Of a stretch of 60,000 nucleotides of DNA, positions 1 to 11,571 are shown piece by piece. Made by a program: the position numbers and the translations under genes. The first letter of the stretch is position 1, and each line of letters starts with the position of its first letter. Source of the stretch: Vicugna vicugna (taxonomy: Eukaryota); contig MU057719.1 in the NCBI GenBank assembly GCA_013265495.1, positions 746,001 through 806,000 of the forward strand. The letters run 5' to 3'. The notes under the pieces were generated by a model, which worked only from the letters and a program-made list of their open reading frames with translations, did not search any database and was not told where the DNA came from.

Positions 1-69
1 CCAGCCCAGCTTGGACAAGGCACTGGAGCGGCTCTGCTCCAGGACGACTGTTTAAAATGGAAATTCCCA

Positions 70-205
70 GGGGAGGGCGCAGCTCAGCGGCGGAGCGCGT
101 GCTCAGCAGGCACGAGGTCCTGGGTTCCGACCCCAGCGCCGCTATCAAATACATAAACAAGCCTGATTATCCCCACCCAAAAACATTTTTTTTAATTAAA
201 AAAAA
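70..205 (+). mobile_element. tRNA-Ala-derived SINE (camelid Vic-1-like)
   Basis: Head GGGGAGGG..AGCTCAG..GAGCGCGTGC..GCACGAGGTCCTGGGTTC..CCCCAG with degenerate A and B boxes, an A-rich tail and poly(A). It is preceded by TTAAAA, an L1-endonuclease-like site. Confidence 0.8.
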
Positions 206-483
206 GGCAACCCCCGGAGCAGCTGTCGGGCCCCTGGCTGGCTCCGGGGGGGCGGCCTTGCACCTGTGTTGCTCCCTGGCTCTGAGTCCCTATTTCCTGG
301 GGGGAACCAGGGCTTCCATCACCGATCCTCAGACCGGGAGGATAACCTCCCTCCCAAGATTCCACAAATTCCTGTTCCTTGTACTATTCTTCGCCTCAAA
401 CATCAAGAGAGTCCCAACCCTCTGGAAGCTCTCCCTTTGTCTTGGCCCCGGGAGGGAAATCACATTTCAAAGGCCCTGTCCCA

Positions 484-707
484 CAGGGCAGCGGCCTGGT
501 TGGTCAGAGTTCCCCAGGGCAGCAGGCCCCCAGCGGTCAGAGTTCCCCAGGGCAGCAGGCCCTGGGCCATCAGAATTCCCCAGGGCAGTGGGCCCCGGGC
601 CGTCAGAGTTCCCCAGGGCAGCGGGCCCTGGGCGGTCAGAGTTCCCCAGGGCAGCGGGCCCCTGGCGGTCAGAGTTCCCCAGGGCAGCGGGCCCTGGGCG
701 GTCAGAA
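484..707. repeat. 33-bp minisatellite, 6 full units plus partial flanks (DBH intron 9)
   Basis: Unit ggtcagagttccccagggcagcgggccctgggc, starting at 502, 535, 568, 601, 634 and 667. Confidence 0.95.
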
Positions 708-1429
708 TGCAGGAAGGTCCAGCTGCCCTCTGCGATCCCACCTGGTGCTGTGAGGTAGCCTCCCAGAGGAGGGTGGGAGTCTGCGGCCTGGCGACGCCAG
801 TGGTGCTCGCCTGGCAGGAACATCCAGGGAGTGACATCAGTTGGCCTGGATGAGGTTGGAAGGGGCAGGGAGCGTGGCCCTCGCTGAAGTAGCACTGAGC
901 AGGGTCTGCCTCGGGGGCTCCCCTTCTCTGTTCACTGGCTGGATGTCCAATAAGTGCCTCCCCTGCCGTCAGCCCCAGTGGCCTCACCTACTGAATGGGA
1001 GACTCTGTGCTCCACCTGGGGCTTACTCATTGCATGAACTGCGCTCTACCAAGAGGCAGCACATGTAGGGTGGGCACCTGGCCCAGCTGTGCCCCCTGCT
1101 AGCTGGGTCCCCTCATTCGCTCCACCTCACTGTCTCCTGGGGCAGCTGCCTCCTAGGGCCCTGGCCAGACTTTGAGGGTTCCTACGTGGGGACACGGTGA
1201 GTCGTTAGAACAAGCCTCCACGTGGAGCAGGTGCCCCACATTCGCAGCTGCGTGTTATGTACTGAGCCTCTCCTCACAGTATCGTAAAGAGGGTGCTGGG
1301 GCTTAGGGCAGGGCTGCCTGCCTACAAAGCTCTCCTGCCCCCCCGAGTATGTGACCATGGACTCAGAGAAGTTGTCACCCCAAATCCAGAGGTAGGAAGG
1401 AAGCATGAGGCAGGAAATTTGCAGGCACT

Positions 1430-1545
1430 CATCTCTGGGTTAAATCCTAGCCATCAGCTGTGTGGCCGTGGGCAAGTGTCTCCCCTCTCTGAGCCTGTTT
1501 CTCACCTATGAAGACAGAGACAAAGATTCCTACCTCGGAGATAGG
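1430..1545 (+). mobile_element. MIR SINE fragment
   Basis: ctgggttaaatcctagc..agctgtgtggccgtgggcaagtg..ctctctgagcctgtttctcacctatgaa matches the MIR core. Confidence 0.7.
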
Positions 1546-1559
1546 TGTCAAAGCTAAAT

Positions 1560-2000
1560 AAGATGTGGACACACCCCAGTGTCCATCCACAGGCGAATGG
1601 TGAAGAACTGTGGTCCAGCCATGTGATGGAGTCTCACTTAGCCATAAAGGGGAATGGAGCACTGACTCACGCTGCTACATGGATGACCCTTGGAAATGTG
1701 ATGCTGAGTGAAAACAGCCAGTCACAAAAGGGCGCAGATCATATCATCCCATTTACCCGAAGTCCAGAATTGGTGACTCCATAGAGACAGCAAGTAGATC
1801 AGGGGTTGCTTGGGGCTGAGGGGACAGGGAGGGAGTGTAGGGGTGTCGGCTGGAGGATTCAGGGTTCCTTGTACGGTGATGAAATGTTCTGAAATTCACA
1901 GGTGATGGCTGCACGTAGCACATACACTCAACGCCGTCGAATTGCACACTTGGAATGGGTGAATTGTACGGTGTGTGAACTATACCCAGAAAAGCGAAAG
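1560..2000 (+). mobile_element. Old L1 (L1MB-like) 3' end fragment
   Basis: Typical L1M 3' motifs: gtgtccatc..catggatgacccttggaaatgtgatgctgagtgaaa..agccagtcacaaaagg..catagagacag..aaatgttctgaaatt..gtgaattgtacggtgtgtgaactatac. Confidence 0.8.
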
Positions 2001-2823
2001 GAGCCAGAGAGCAAAAGCTCAATAAACGCTGGCTGAGTGAAAGGACAGAGCGGTGCCAGGTGTGGACCGCGGTTCCGGGGGCATGGACGGCCGGCTGGGA
2101 TGTAACCCAGGTGTGGTCCGCTTGGAGCCTCGGGATTCACGAGATGCTTGCTGGGAGCTACAGCGACTAACAGGACAGTCAGCAAGGCTCCGTCAGCAGG
2201 CGGCCAGTGTGCCCGGGGCAGCCTGGGTGGATGCGCGTTGACCCCCCGTAACTGTCAGCAGCATCCCCTTTCTCCCCAGAAGTGCCCCAGCTGCACGACA
2301 CGTCGTGTGACCACCCATCTGCTGGCACTGTCTGCACACCCGGCCTTGAGGACAGTCTCTCCCCTAGTAGCTCCTCTTCCCTGGCTGTCCACAGTCCAGC
2401 CCAGATGAACCCGTGTCCCCTCCCTGCGGAGCAGAGTCAGCCATAACTTTGCACAGAATTGTCTTTGCGCGAAACCCAGAAGGGCACGGCATGATGATGA
2501 ATGTTTCTGTCGCCCCTTTAGTTTTGCTGATTAACAGTTAGAAAAGCAGGGGCAGGGCGACCTAAGGTCGGAGAATGTTCTTTGTCCTCCGGGCCTTCCT
2601 GCCCACCTCCCCTCTGCCCAGAGCCCTGATTCTCCTTCCTCTGCCCCCATCGCCACCCCGCCCCGTCCTTGGTCTCTGTCTGACAATCACTCCTCCACCT
2701 CGTTGCCCTGGCGGCAGGTGTGGCAGACCTGTCTCCCTGGGCGACTGAGCTGTGCGGAGCAGGGAGCAACCTCATGCCCATGGCCTCTCCCAGCACTGGC
2801 TCTGATGCTGATACACATTCACT

Positions 2824-3016
2824 GCAGTGGCTCTCGAATTAGGACAGCCATCAGAATAACCCAGGGAGCTTGTTAGACCACAGATCACGGGTGTCACCAC
2901 CCAAATCCCAACTCTGCATAGGTCTGAGGAGGAGTGAACGAGCTTATGTTTTTTTCACCAAGTTCCCAGGGATGCAGGCGCAGCTGGTCCAGGGACCACA
3001 GCCCGAGACCCACTGG
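2824..3016. mobile_element. MER5A-like hAT-Charlie MITE
   Basis: About 190 bp with ends cagtggctctc...gagacccactg and internal catcagaataacccagggagcttgtta / caagttcccagggatg..gctggtccagggaccaca. Confidence 0.7.
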
Positions 3017-3183
3017 TGTATTGAATGGGGGTGGGGCACCTCGCCCTCCGGCAACCTCCGCTCCAGATGAGGAGTTAAGACTGGTCCTCATGAAAGTGTA
3101 GGAAGTCCCAGTTTGAACAGCCCCCCCAACACAGCCACACGTGCTCCCCGGGCAGGTGGCAGAGGGAAGCTGGGGTGACTTAC

Positions 3184-3243
3184 CACGGTGGCCAGCTTCC
3201 TGTCTTCCGTGTTGTATGTGCAGGAGGTGATAAGCACGTCTCC
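3184..3243 (-). CDS. DBH: DBH coding exon 9 (gene continues beyond the left edge; exons 10-12 are not in the window)
   Basis: 60 nt, GDVLITSCTYNTEDRKLATV. Acceptor ctgcag, donor gtaagt. No GGFGILEEMC-type exon 10 was found in 1-3183. Confidence 0.96.
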
Positions 3244-3756
3244 CTGCAGAGCCAAGCCAACAGACGCCCTCTGGCACCTGCCCACCTGGGGTGCCAGGTG
3301 TGCTGGGCCCATCCCACGTGTGTCTGTGCTGGTCAGTCCGCTACTGAGGAACCCACAGGTGAGGTCACACTCTGAGTGTCCCCAGGGAGTGATTACCTGT
3401 TGGCTTCTGCGGCCTCTTTGTACAGGGGCCGCGGGCTGTGTCAAGCCCCCTCCTGGCCTGGGACTCCCCTCCGGCACCGTCAGCGGCCCCCACTGACCTC
3501 CAGGCCCTCGTCTCTCCCTAAAGCTCTCTGGTTGGCGGTCGGCTAATCGGGTAGGCGGAGCCCATCACCCGGAGCGCCCTCTGGTCCCGTCCCCTCTGGG
3601 CCTCTCCTCGCAGTCCCAGGGAGCCTCACGGGGGTACGGAGCCCCAGCCCCTGCCCTGAGCGGACATGGTTCCAGAAGACCTCCCATGGCCTCCGCTCTC
3701 CCCCATTGCGTCCTGCCCCTCCCCTCAGGCCTCCCCGTCCCTAACTGGGCACTCAC

Positions 3757-3795
3757 CGGGTGGACAGACACGACCTTCTTCAACATGCGGATCTC
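3757..3795 (-). CDS. DBH: DBH coding exon 8 (39-nt mini-exon)
   Basis: EIRMLKKVVSVHP. Acceptor ccccag, donor gtgagt. Confidence 0.96.
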
Positions 3796-4166
3796 CTGGG
3801 GGGCGGGGCGGAGGGCGGGGAGAAGAGGAGGGGCTGTCAGAGAGCTCCAGGCCCCGCCCCCGGCCCCGCCCCACCCCGCCCCGCCCCCCGGGGGAGGCCA
3901 GGGTTGGCTACAGCTGGCCTCTGGCCGGGGAGGGATTAGGACCCGAAGGCAGTCATCTCAGGGATGCCAGGTGCCCCTACGCCCACAGTCGGCCACACAC
4001 CAGAGTCCCCCACCAGAGTCCCTCCCTTAGAGTAAGTCCGCCAGAGGAACCAGCCGGCTGTGTGTGCTCCTCGGGGGTCTGTGCCCGGCCCGGGAGAAGG
4101 AGCCCCAGGGTGGGCTGTGGGGAGAGAGGGGGGCAGACAGGGCGGGAGGGGTGGGGGGGTCCCTAC

Positions 4167-4310
4167 CTGGAAGTGAGGGCTGTAGTGGTCGTCCCGGTTC
4201 ACGACCTCCATCTCGTGGCCGTCCCGGGCCAGGACCGTGACCACCTTCCTGCCCGCCAGGTGCGTGTGGAGCTGAGAGGCGAAGATGTGGATCCCCGAGG
4301 GAGGCAGGGC
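4167..4310 (-). CDS. DBH: DBH coding exon 7 (CuM ligands in the HTH motif)
   Basis: 144 nt, ALPPSGIHIFASQLHTHLAGRKVVTVLARDGHEMEVVNRDDHYSPHFQ. Acceptor ccgcag, donor gtaggg. Confidence 0.98.
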
Positions 4311-4464
4311 CTGCGGGGGCGGGGATGGGCGCGGGAGGGCCAGGGCCTGAGCACGGCGGCCGGCGGCACCTCGGGCCACGGAGCAGCCAAGGGAGCTTGC
4401 TTCCCTGGACTCCGCGTCACCCCGGCCCGCCCTTCTCCCTGGGCAGTTAAATCCCCCACCAGAA

Positions 4465-4842
4465 AACTGTGTGATATCACTTACATGTGGAATCCCCCCC
4501 CAAAAAGACGAACGTATTTACAAAACAGAAACAGACTCACAGACATTGAGAACCAACTTGCGGTTCCCGGCAGGGAAGCGGGTGGGAAGGGGCAGATTGG
4601 GAGTCTGAGATCTGCAGAAACTATCCACTGTCTGTAAAACAGCTAACCAGCAAGTTTATACCGTAGAGCACAGGGAAGCTATGCAATATCTTGCAGGAAC
4701 CCCTAATGAAAAAATGTGAAAAGGAAGATGTGTGTGTGTGTGTGTGTGTGTGACTGAGACATTGCTCTGTGCACCAGAAATTGACACAACATTGTAAACT
4801 GACTAGACTTCAATAAAAAAATTATTAAAAAAAAAAAGAAAA
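4465..4842 (+). mobile_element. Cetartiodactyl/camelid L1 3' UTR with internal (TG)n and poly(A) tail
   Basis: atatcacttacatgtggaatc..atttacaaaacagaaacagactcacagacattgagaac..agcacagggaa..ccagaaattgacacaacattgtaaactgactagacttcAATAAA followed by an A tail. (TG)n at about 4729-4752. Confidence 0.85.
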
Positions 4843-6454
4843 ATACCCAAGTTTAAAAGATCACTTATACAAAGAAAAAAAATCTGTTGTCCTAAGAGTG
4901 ATGTCGTGGTCACAGCCGGGTCTTCCAAAACAGCTCTACTGGCTTGGAGGCTCATCTGGGGACCAATGGCTTCCCTTCGGTCCTCCCCTCTGGTCAGTTC
5001 AGTCAGTTCCACAGACTCTAAGGCGGAGGCCACCAAAGTGAGCACACTGTGGCCACCCTGCTCCGCAGGGTGATGTCTGGTGGATGACAGATGGCGACAG
5101 GTCTGGGTCTTCCTGTCCAGCCTGCCACGCTTTAGCACCCGCAGGCCTCTACTTCCCTGTGGCATGAGCTCCCTATGTCCGCGTAACCACCAGGCAGCCA
5201 GTCCCTGCTGTCACCAGCACCTCATGTTACAGCCGTGACGCTGACCTTCAGAGTGGTCGGCGGGCCAGACCTCACGTCACCACCGGGGCAGAAGGGACTC
5301 TTCCAGAGCATGGGTGTCTTCCCTCACTTAACGTCCACTCGCTTTAGACAGAACATCTCCTAAAATGGATTACACACACCAAGCGTGTTGTCCACGAGGC
5401 ACTGTAGCCCCGACCACGCACCTCCGTGTTCTGTTCCGCTTGGTGCACACCATCGGCAGCTCGGGGAGTTCCTGGTGCTGTCACCCATCACTGGGGACCC
5501 CAGGCTGCTGCACTGTCTGCAGGCCACCTGACACCACGTTTGTGCATCTGTCTTGTTCTCCACCAGCTGCTGTCCTTTGTCATTATTGAAAATTTGCGGT
5601 AACTTCTGGCCCCCTTGCAAAGATTTGAGGAATGGGAAACCTTATGGCCACGTTTGTGATGATTGGGTTGAGCCTCAGAGCCCCTGCTGACGGGTGGGCC
5701 CTGGGTTTCTCCCCTCAGGTCCCCAGCGGCCGACCACTTGCCCGGAGATGCGGGTGTGACGGGTGCGGGGGGACAGCTGTCCTGGGGCCTCTGGACCAGA
5801 ACACTGACCTTCTTCTCGCTTGTCTTCTTCAGCGAGGAGCTCTAGGCCACACAGGCTTCTGACTGTGGGAATGGTGCCCCTTGGTGTCAGCTCACGGAGG
5901 CGAGACCCCACTCCGTGGGAGGCCCTTCAGTAGCGTCCACAGAAAGAATGTACCGTTTGAAGGGGAAAACGCAGAAAATTGAATTCTTTGTGTCGCTCTA
6001 AGGTATTTGGAGACTCTGGTGAGAGAAAGCAGGTCTGTGGTCCTAGGCTGGTGAGAGGCGTTCTCAAGGTCAGCTGTCAACATGACCTCGTCCTGCTGGC
6101 GAAGGGCAGTGGCTCGGTCTGGGGCCACTCTTCCCAGGGAGTCTGCAGCCCCAGCCCCAGGCCGGGCCACAGAGCCCTCCCGCTGGCAGTCTGGGGACAC
6201 GACATGGAAAAGTGTCAGGTGCAGCTGTGGGCGAGATTCCTCACCACTCCTGGACTCAGACAAGAGGCGCTGATGCCCTGCGGGTGCGGGCGAGGCTGTG
6301 CGGGCTGGCAGGCCCACCTTGCCCTCTGGCTCGGGGACACTTGGAGGCTCAGGGAGCCCACGTGAGGAACAGAGCCCACTGAATCAGCTCACCAGGAAGA
6401 CAAACCTACTGGAGAGCGCATCATGCCGCGGCCCGCTGTGTGTGGCCAGGCCGA

Positions 6455-6600
6455 CCCGGGTCTGAGTCCTCACTCTGCCACCGCAGGCACTGCGACCGGC
6501 CAGCCTCAGTCTCCTCACCCGTGAAGCGGGGCTGTTGACACTCACTTTGCAGGTCGGGGTGACCAGCAAGGGGACAACACGGAGGGAGTGCTTGCAGCAC
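6455..6600 (+). mobile_element. Degenerate MIR fragment
   Basis: gggtctgagtcctcactctgccac..gcctcagtctcctcacccgtgaagcgggg. Confidence 0.5.
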
Positions 6601-6639
6601 TCACAACAGACTGCGGAATAACATGCACGACAGAAAAGG

Positions 6640-7070
6640 AACTTGCCGCCGAGAGCAAGACGGACGACCCATCAGAAAAACTGGGCACCCGTTATGAACA
6701 GATGTTCACAGGCAAGAAGGCCCAACGGCCAAGAGGCAGATGGAAAGATCAGGTTCCATAAACAGGGAATTCAAACTGAGCAACCGTGCTGCTTTCTCCC
6801 AAGCGACTGAGCAGATATATCAGCACTGATGGTGCAGTGGGTCGGGAAATCCGGGCCCTGGGGACCCGCTGCTCCTGAGTGTGCATAGGGCATCAGAGGG
6901 GCTTTCTGGGGGACGTCTTGCCAGATTTATTCAAATTAAAGCTCACATCTCTGTGCGTGGCAAGCCCGCTGCTAGGAGCCACCTGATAAATGTTCCCCGT
7001 GTGCACAGGACCTCCCTGTGGCCTTCTTCCCACCCGTGAAAAGTGGTCAGCGGCCTGGAACTGGTGAGAA
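6640..7070 (+). mobile_element. Ancient L1 (L1ME-like) ORF2-end fragment
   Basis: acccatcagaaaaactgggca..atgaacagatgttcacag..atggaaagat..agggaattcaaactga resembles the L1 ORF2 3' region. Confidence 0.5.
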
Positions 7071-7777
7071 GGGGACAGTTCAGCACAAGGATGGGGCTGG
7101 GTGAGGCCAGGGAGCCCCAAGGGTGCAGAATTTGGGGAGTCATTTCCGCTCCTCTGGCAGCTAGGTCCCACCACCAGCTCTGAGTTTAAGCGCCGACCTG
7201 TGCCCCTCCCCGCCCTCCCATGGCCCCAGAGACCAGTGCATCTGCGTCCTGGGCGCCCTGCTGGCCTCAGCTGGTCCAGCACTGGTAACGCCCCCAGTGA
7301 ATCCACACTGTGGACGCCGGGTGTCAGTTAAAAGGGAAGTCATGGGGCAAACGGTTAGCATTCAATTTGTTTTTAAACACACCCCACGTAAGAGCGTGTA
7401 GAAACATGTAGGGGAAAAGTCTGGAGGGACACGTAAGACCCCATAACCAGCTGTCTCGGGCAGGAGGAGAGGATGCTGTGGCCTAGGGGGTCTTTATCGT
7501 TAGCCGCACGGCCTGCGTTTTTAGTGGTGAACACGTCTGTCTCACTCATAGGATGAACGCGCATTTGGAAATGCAGAGCGTGCAGGTGTGACAAAGTGGG
7601 AGCCCTGTTATTGCTGGAGCAGGAGGTCAGACGCACACCGGAAGCCTCCTTTGCCTCCACAGGAGAGAGAGAAAGAGAAGTGCAGGGTCGGGAGTCAAAG
7701 CCGCACACCGCCTTCCTCGGCCCCACCCGCAGGGTCGCAGCGGTGGACCAGCGGCGCCAGGCCCAGCCCACACTCAC

Positions 7778-7944
7778 CAGCTGGGTGCACTTGTCCGTGC
7801 AGTAGCCGCTGAGGACGAAGGCCGTCTCCTGCGGCGGGACGGCCATCACCGGCGTGTACACCAGGCCCAGCTCCAGGATGCCAGCGTCGAAGCGCCGCAG
7901 CGTGGCCGTGTAGTACAGGCGGATGCCCGAGGAGTCGCGCCGGC
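7778..7944 (-). CDS. DBH: DBH coding exon 6
   Basis: 167 nt, (G)RRDSSGIRLYYTATLRRFDAGILELGLVYTPVMAVPPQETAFVLSGYCTDKCTQL. Phase is compatible with exon 5. Acceptor tcccag, donor gtgagt. Confidence 0.98.
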
Positions 7945-10900
7945 CTGGGAGGAGGCGGGCGGCGGTGAGGCAAGGCCCGCTCCGTCGGCCGCCCCCCGCA
8001 GACCGACCAGGAGGCGCCCGGTCACCCCACACTGGCCCCCGCCTGCGGCTGTACCGAGAGCCCTGCATTTGTCCCCAAAGCTGTCACCACCTCAAGGATC
8101 TATTCACGCACCCCGACGTCACCCACGTGGAAAAGAAGAGCTGCTGTGTCTGTGGAAACGAGGCAAATGCCGCGGAAAGAGTTCAGGCAGGCAAGGAGAC
8201 CGAGCCACCGAAGCGGGTCGGGGAGAGGCCCGCAGTAGATCTGGGAGACTCGCCAGCCCCCCAGGGTCTCACTGCTCAGCCAAGGGGATCTGAGCAGGAG
8301 TCGGCCAGCAGGACGGCCTGTCTTTACAGTCTGGGCATAAAGGAGGGCACGGCCCGGCTCGCAGAGGAGCCCAGGCCCCCGTCGGGCAGGCGAGTGCGCG
8401 TCTGTGCGGTGAAACCAGCAAGAAACATTTAAGGTGCAGCCTTTTGGCTTCGAGTCCTGTCCTGCAGGGACCCGGGACCCAAGTCTACCGAGAGGACATC
8501 TCAGGACAAATCGGAGCAGGACCGAGGGGGGCCCCCGCAGCAAGGCTGGCCCCGGCGGGCAGGCCCCTGGGTCGCGCACCGGCCCAGGGGCCTCTTGCTC
8601 AACAGCGCTCTGTGTGCTCTCAGACAAGCTGCTGCCCTCTCTGGGCCTGAAGCCAAGGGCCTCTCCCAAAGAAGAATTCAGCCCTTCTGCCCACCACGGT
8701 GCAGTCACACCTGCCGACCCTTCCTGCCGTCAGCTAATTGGAAGAGAGTCCAGGAAGCTCCTTGGGCAGCCTCCTAGTGGCCAGTCAAAGCTGATGGCCC
8801 GCCTTCTAAGGATGCTGGCACCCAGGTACAGCCGCAAAGCCATGTGGCCTCCAGGAGCCCCTCCCCTGCCCTATCCCTGCCTGGAAACGGTCAGCGAGGC
8901 CCTGAGTACTTCGGGGTGGGGCACTGGGCTGGTCCCTTGTGGGAGGCAAGAGGGTGGACGTGGCCCACCCCCTAGAATCCGCAGAAGAGCTGGGGGGTGG
9001 GTGGGGGAACCCGAGTAACCGGAGAATCATCGCCTCACATGTATAGACAAGGAAACCGAAGCTCAGAGCTTGAGCCGGAGACCCTGCGGGGCTGGGAAGT
9101 GCTGGTGCTGGGACCCCGGCCCAGGGTGCCGTCAGTGGGCTGGGCTGTCTCCCTGCTCAGCCACTCGGAGGTGGAGCCACGAACACCCCCTCTGCCTCCT
9201 TCCCCCTTTCCCTCCCTCCCTCCGCCACACTCCCCCTGCAGTGTCCAAACTCAGCCTCTGTGTCTCTGGGCTGATTGCATCAGAGGATAATCATAAAAAG
9301 GCAGATGCAATTGGTTAAAATTCGGATGGGGGTTAAATAATGAAATAATTGTGGGATTTTGATATTTATAGAAAAGCAACCCGTCTCCAGATTTGTGAAG
9401 TGATGGGAGCCTCCAATATGTGGCAAAGGTTCCATAAATACAGGCAGATCATCAGGGCGAGACAGACTTCCCTGGGCTTAAGGAGCTTTCAAAAATCCAT
9501 TTGCTTTCAGGTTTTAAATGAGCAATAAACCCCGTATCATGCCGAGGCCCACGCGGACTTCTGCTCCTCTCTGTGCGCGCTGGAGATAACTCCAGCGGTG
9601 GCAAGCAGTGTTAGTTACGCATCCGGGAAGGGATCGCTAGCAGCCGTTGGCTGAGTGCACCCCGGGGCCCACGCCCAGCTGGGCGCGGGTGGGCACAAGC
9701 TCCTCCGGCTTCAGAACGGCTGAGGGGGCTCAGCAAGCATGGGCAGGGGTGAGGGCACCCACCCAGGGCCACGCAGCCCGGGAGGGACAGAAAGAAAAAG
9801 AGACAGGAAGGAAGAGGGCTGTGTGGCTACATATGATGCAAGATGCTGGTGAAACAGAGAGAGGAAAATGTCCCCAGCGTCTGATGCAGGGTCACCTGGC
9901 ATCGCCACCCTGAAGACCGAGTCCGGTTGCTCCACCTTCAGGCACCAGGTGATCCAGCGGTCCCTGCTCTCTGATCCCCTCCACCCCTCTTTCCCACTCC
10001 CTGCACTGCAGCCAGGCTGGGCAGCCTGTGTTCCCGGAACACGCTCTCCCTTTCCCGTCCCTCCATCTGGAGTGTGGCACCTGTCTGCCTCCCTTGTGAA
10101 AACCCTCCTCGCCCTCCAGGCTCAGGTCCAGTGCTGCCACGATGCCCCCCAGGCCGTGTGGGCTCCTGCTTTTTCAGGTGCCTGCAGTTTGCTGGTTGTC
10201 CCTCCTGAGAAGCCCTCTCACCTTTCTGGACCTGAGACCTGGAGCCGGAACTGGGGACCGAGATCGCCATCCTTCATCCCGCACAGGGGGACCCTTGTGG
10301 ATTTGTGTTTGCTGAGTATAAACTCAACAGCACGAAACCAATGAGAGCCAGCCCTCCAGTGCCCAGGGCAGAAGTCGCGGATGAGTCCCAGCACTGCCCT
10401 GCAGGGGGGGACAGCCTCGGCCGGCTCTCCAGCAGGAGCTCGAGCCGCCGCGGAGGGCCAGTCAAGGAGCCCCGCAGGCAGGACCTGTTTGCCACCCTGG
10501 CACGGAACATGCGGAGAGGAAATCTCAGGCGCACACTCACGCTCCAGGCACACAGTTGCTCTTGTGAGGTGATCTGAGAAGCCAGAGGGACGTTCACAGC
10601 CAGGAACGCCCCTGATTGAGCAGGCACTCCCTGTGCAAGGAAGATGGTCCTGGGGCCACTGCTCCCCGCGGTCAGGGACCACTCTGGCCCTGGACCGGCC
10701 TGTGTCCTGCCACCCTGCCAGGTGCCCTGTCCCGGCCCAGCCTACTCTAGGGGTGGCAGAGCCCCCTCCCATGGGTGCTAGAGGATCAACCCGTTGGGGA
10801 GGGGTCATCAGGGATGCAGGCATCTCCCGGTCTGAGCAGCCTCACTCAAGTTAGATTTCCAGGGGAGACCGTGCTGGGGGCACCGCTCCAGCCTACAGCC

Positions 10901-11571
10901 TCCCTCCATTGCTTGCAACCTCATTGGTTGGCGCACCCTAAAACTAGCCTTCTGCTTTGGCTGGTGCCAGTGAAGAAAGGGTGTGGGGACAGGGGAGAGC
11001 CACGTTTACTCAGACAGATCCAACATCTAAGTGATTCCTTGCCAGGTTCAAGTGTGGGCTGAGCCATAACAAAGCCAGGTGACCAAGACCATGGTGGGGG
11101 GCAGCTCATACCAGACCTCCTAGCTCTAAATTCCTACTCACTTCATGGCCCTGGTGGCATCCCTTTACCACTGGGTCTCGATTTCCTCATCTACAAAATG
11201 GGCACACAAGAAACCTCTGCCTGCCTGTCCCAGGTGGTGCCTGGGACAGCGCTGCATAGTGGCAGATGGTGTTTATGAGGGTGGAGGGGGTGAAGGTGCT
11301 CGACCCCCGCCAGGTGGGGTGCGGGGATGAGCCCGCCACCACAGCCCTGCTGGGGAGCCTGGCACCGGCACGGGAGATGGACGTTGAGCGAGAGACACAC
11401 GGGAAGGGTGCAGGCCGCTCGGGTCATGTAACGGGGAGGCTGGACACTGGGAAGAGGGGCGCAGTGCTGACCTCTGCCCGCATAACCATCCTGACTGGCC
11501 ACGGCCACATCCAAGGGTTCCCAAGGGGAAGACGGATGCGGGGACGGGGACACACTCCCCGCGCTTCCTAC

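Noticed and set aside
70..145. Possible tRNA-Ala gene
   Set aside because: The A and B boxes are degenerate, no proper cloverleaf is evident, and it has a SINE tail with poly(A). It is a SINE head.
484..707. Regularly spaced repeats resembling a CRISPR array
   Set aside because: The units are head-to-tail with no unique spacers, there are no cas genes, and the context is a mammalian intron.
57..987. Overlapping 124-233 aa ORFs with repeated motifs (SEFPRAAGPG and similar)
   Set aside because: They are translations of a SINE plus the stop-free 33-bp minisatellite in several frames. There is no splice or homology support.
1..3183. Missing DBH exons 10-12 (possible truncation or pseudogene)
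   Set aside because: Exons 1-9 are intact, and a multi-kb intron 9 is expected, so the remaining exons most likely lie beyond the window edge.
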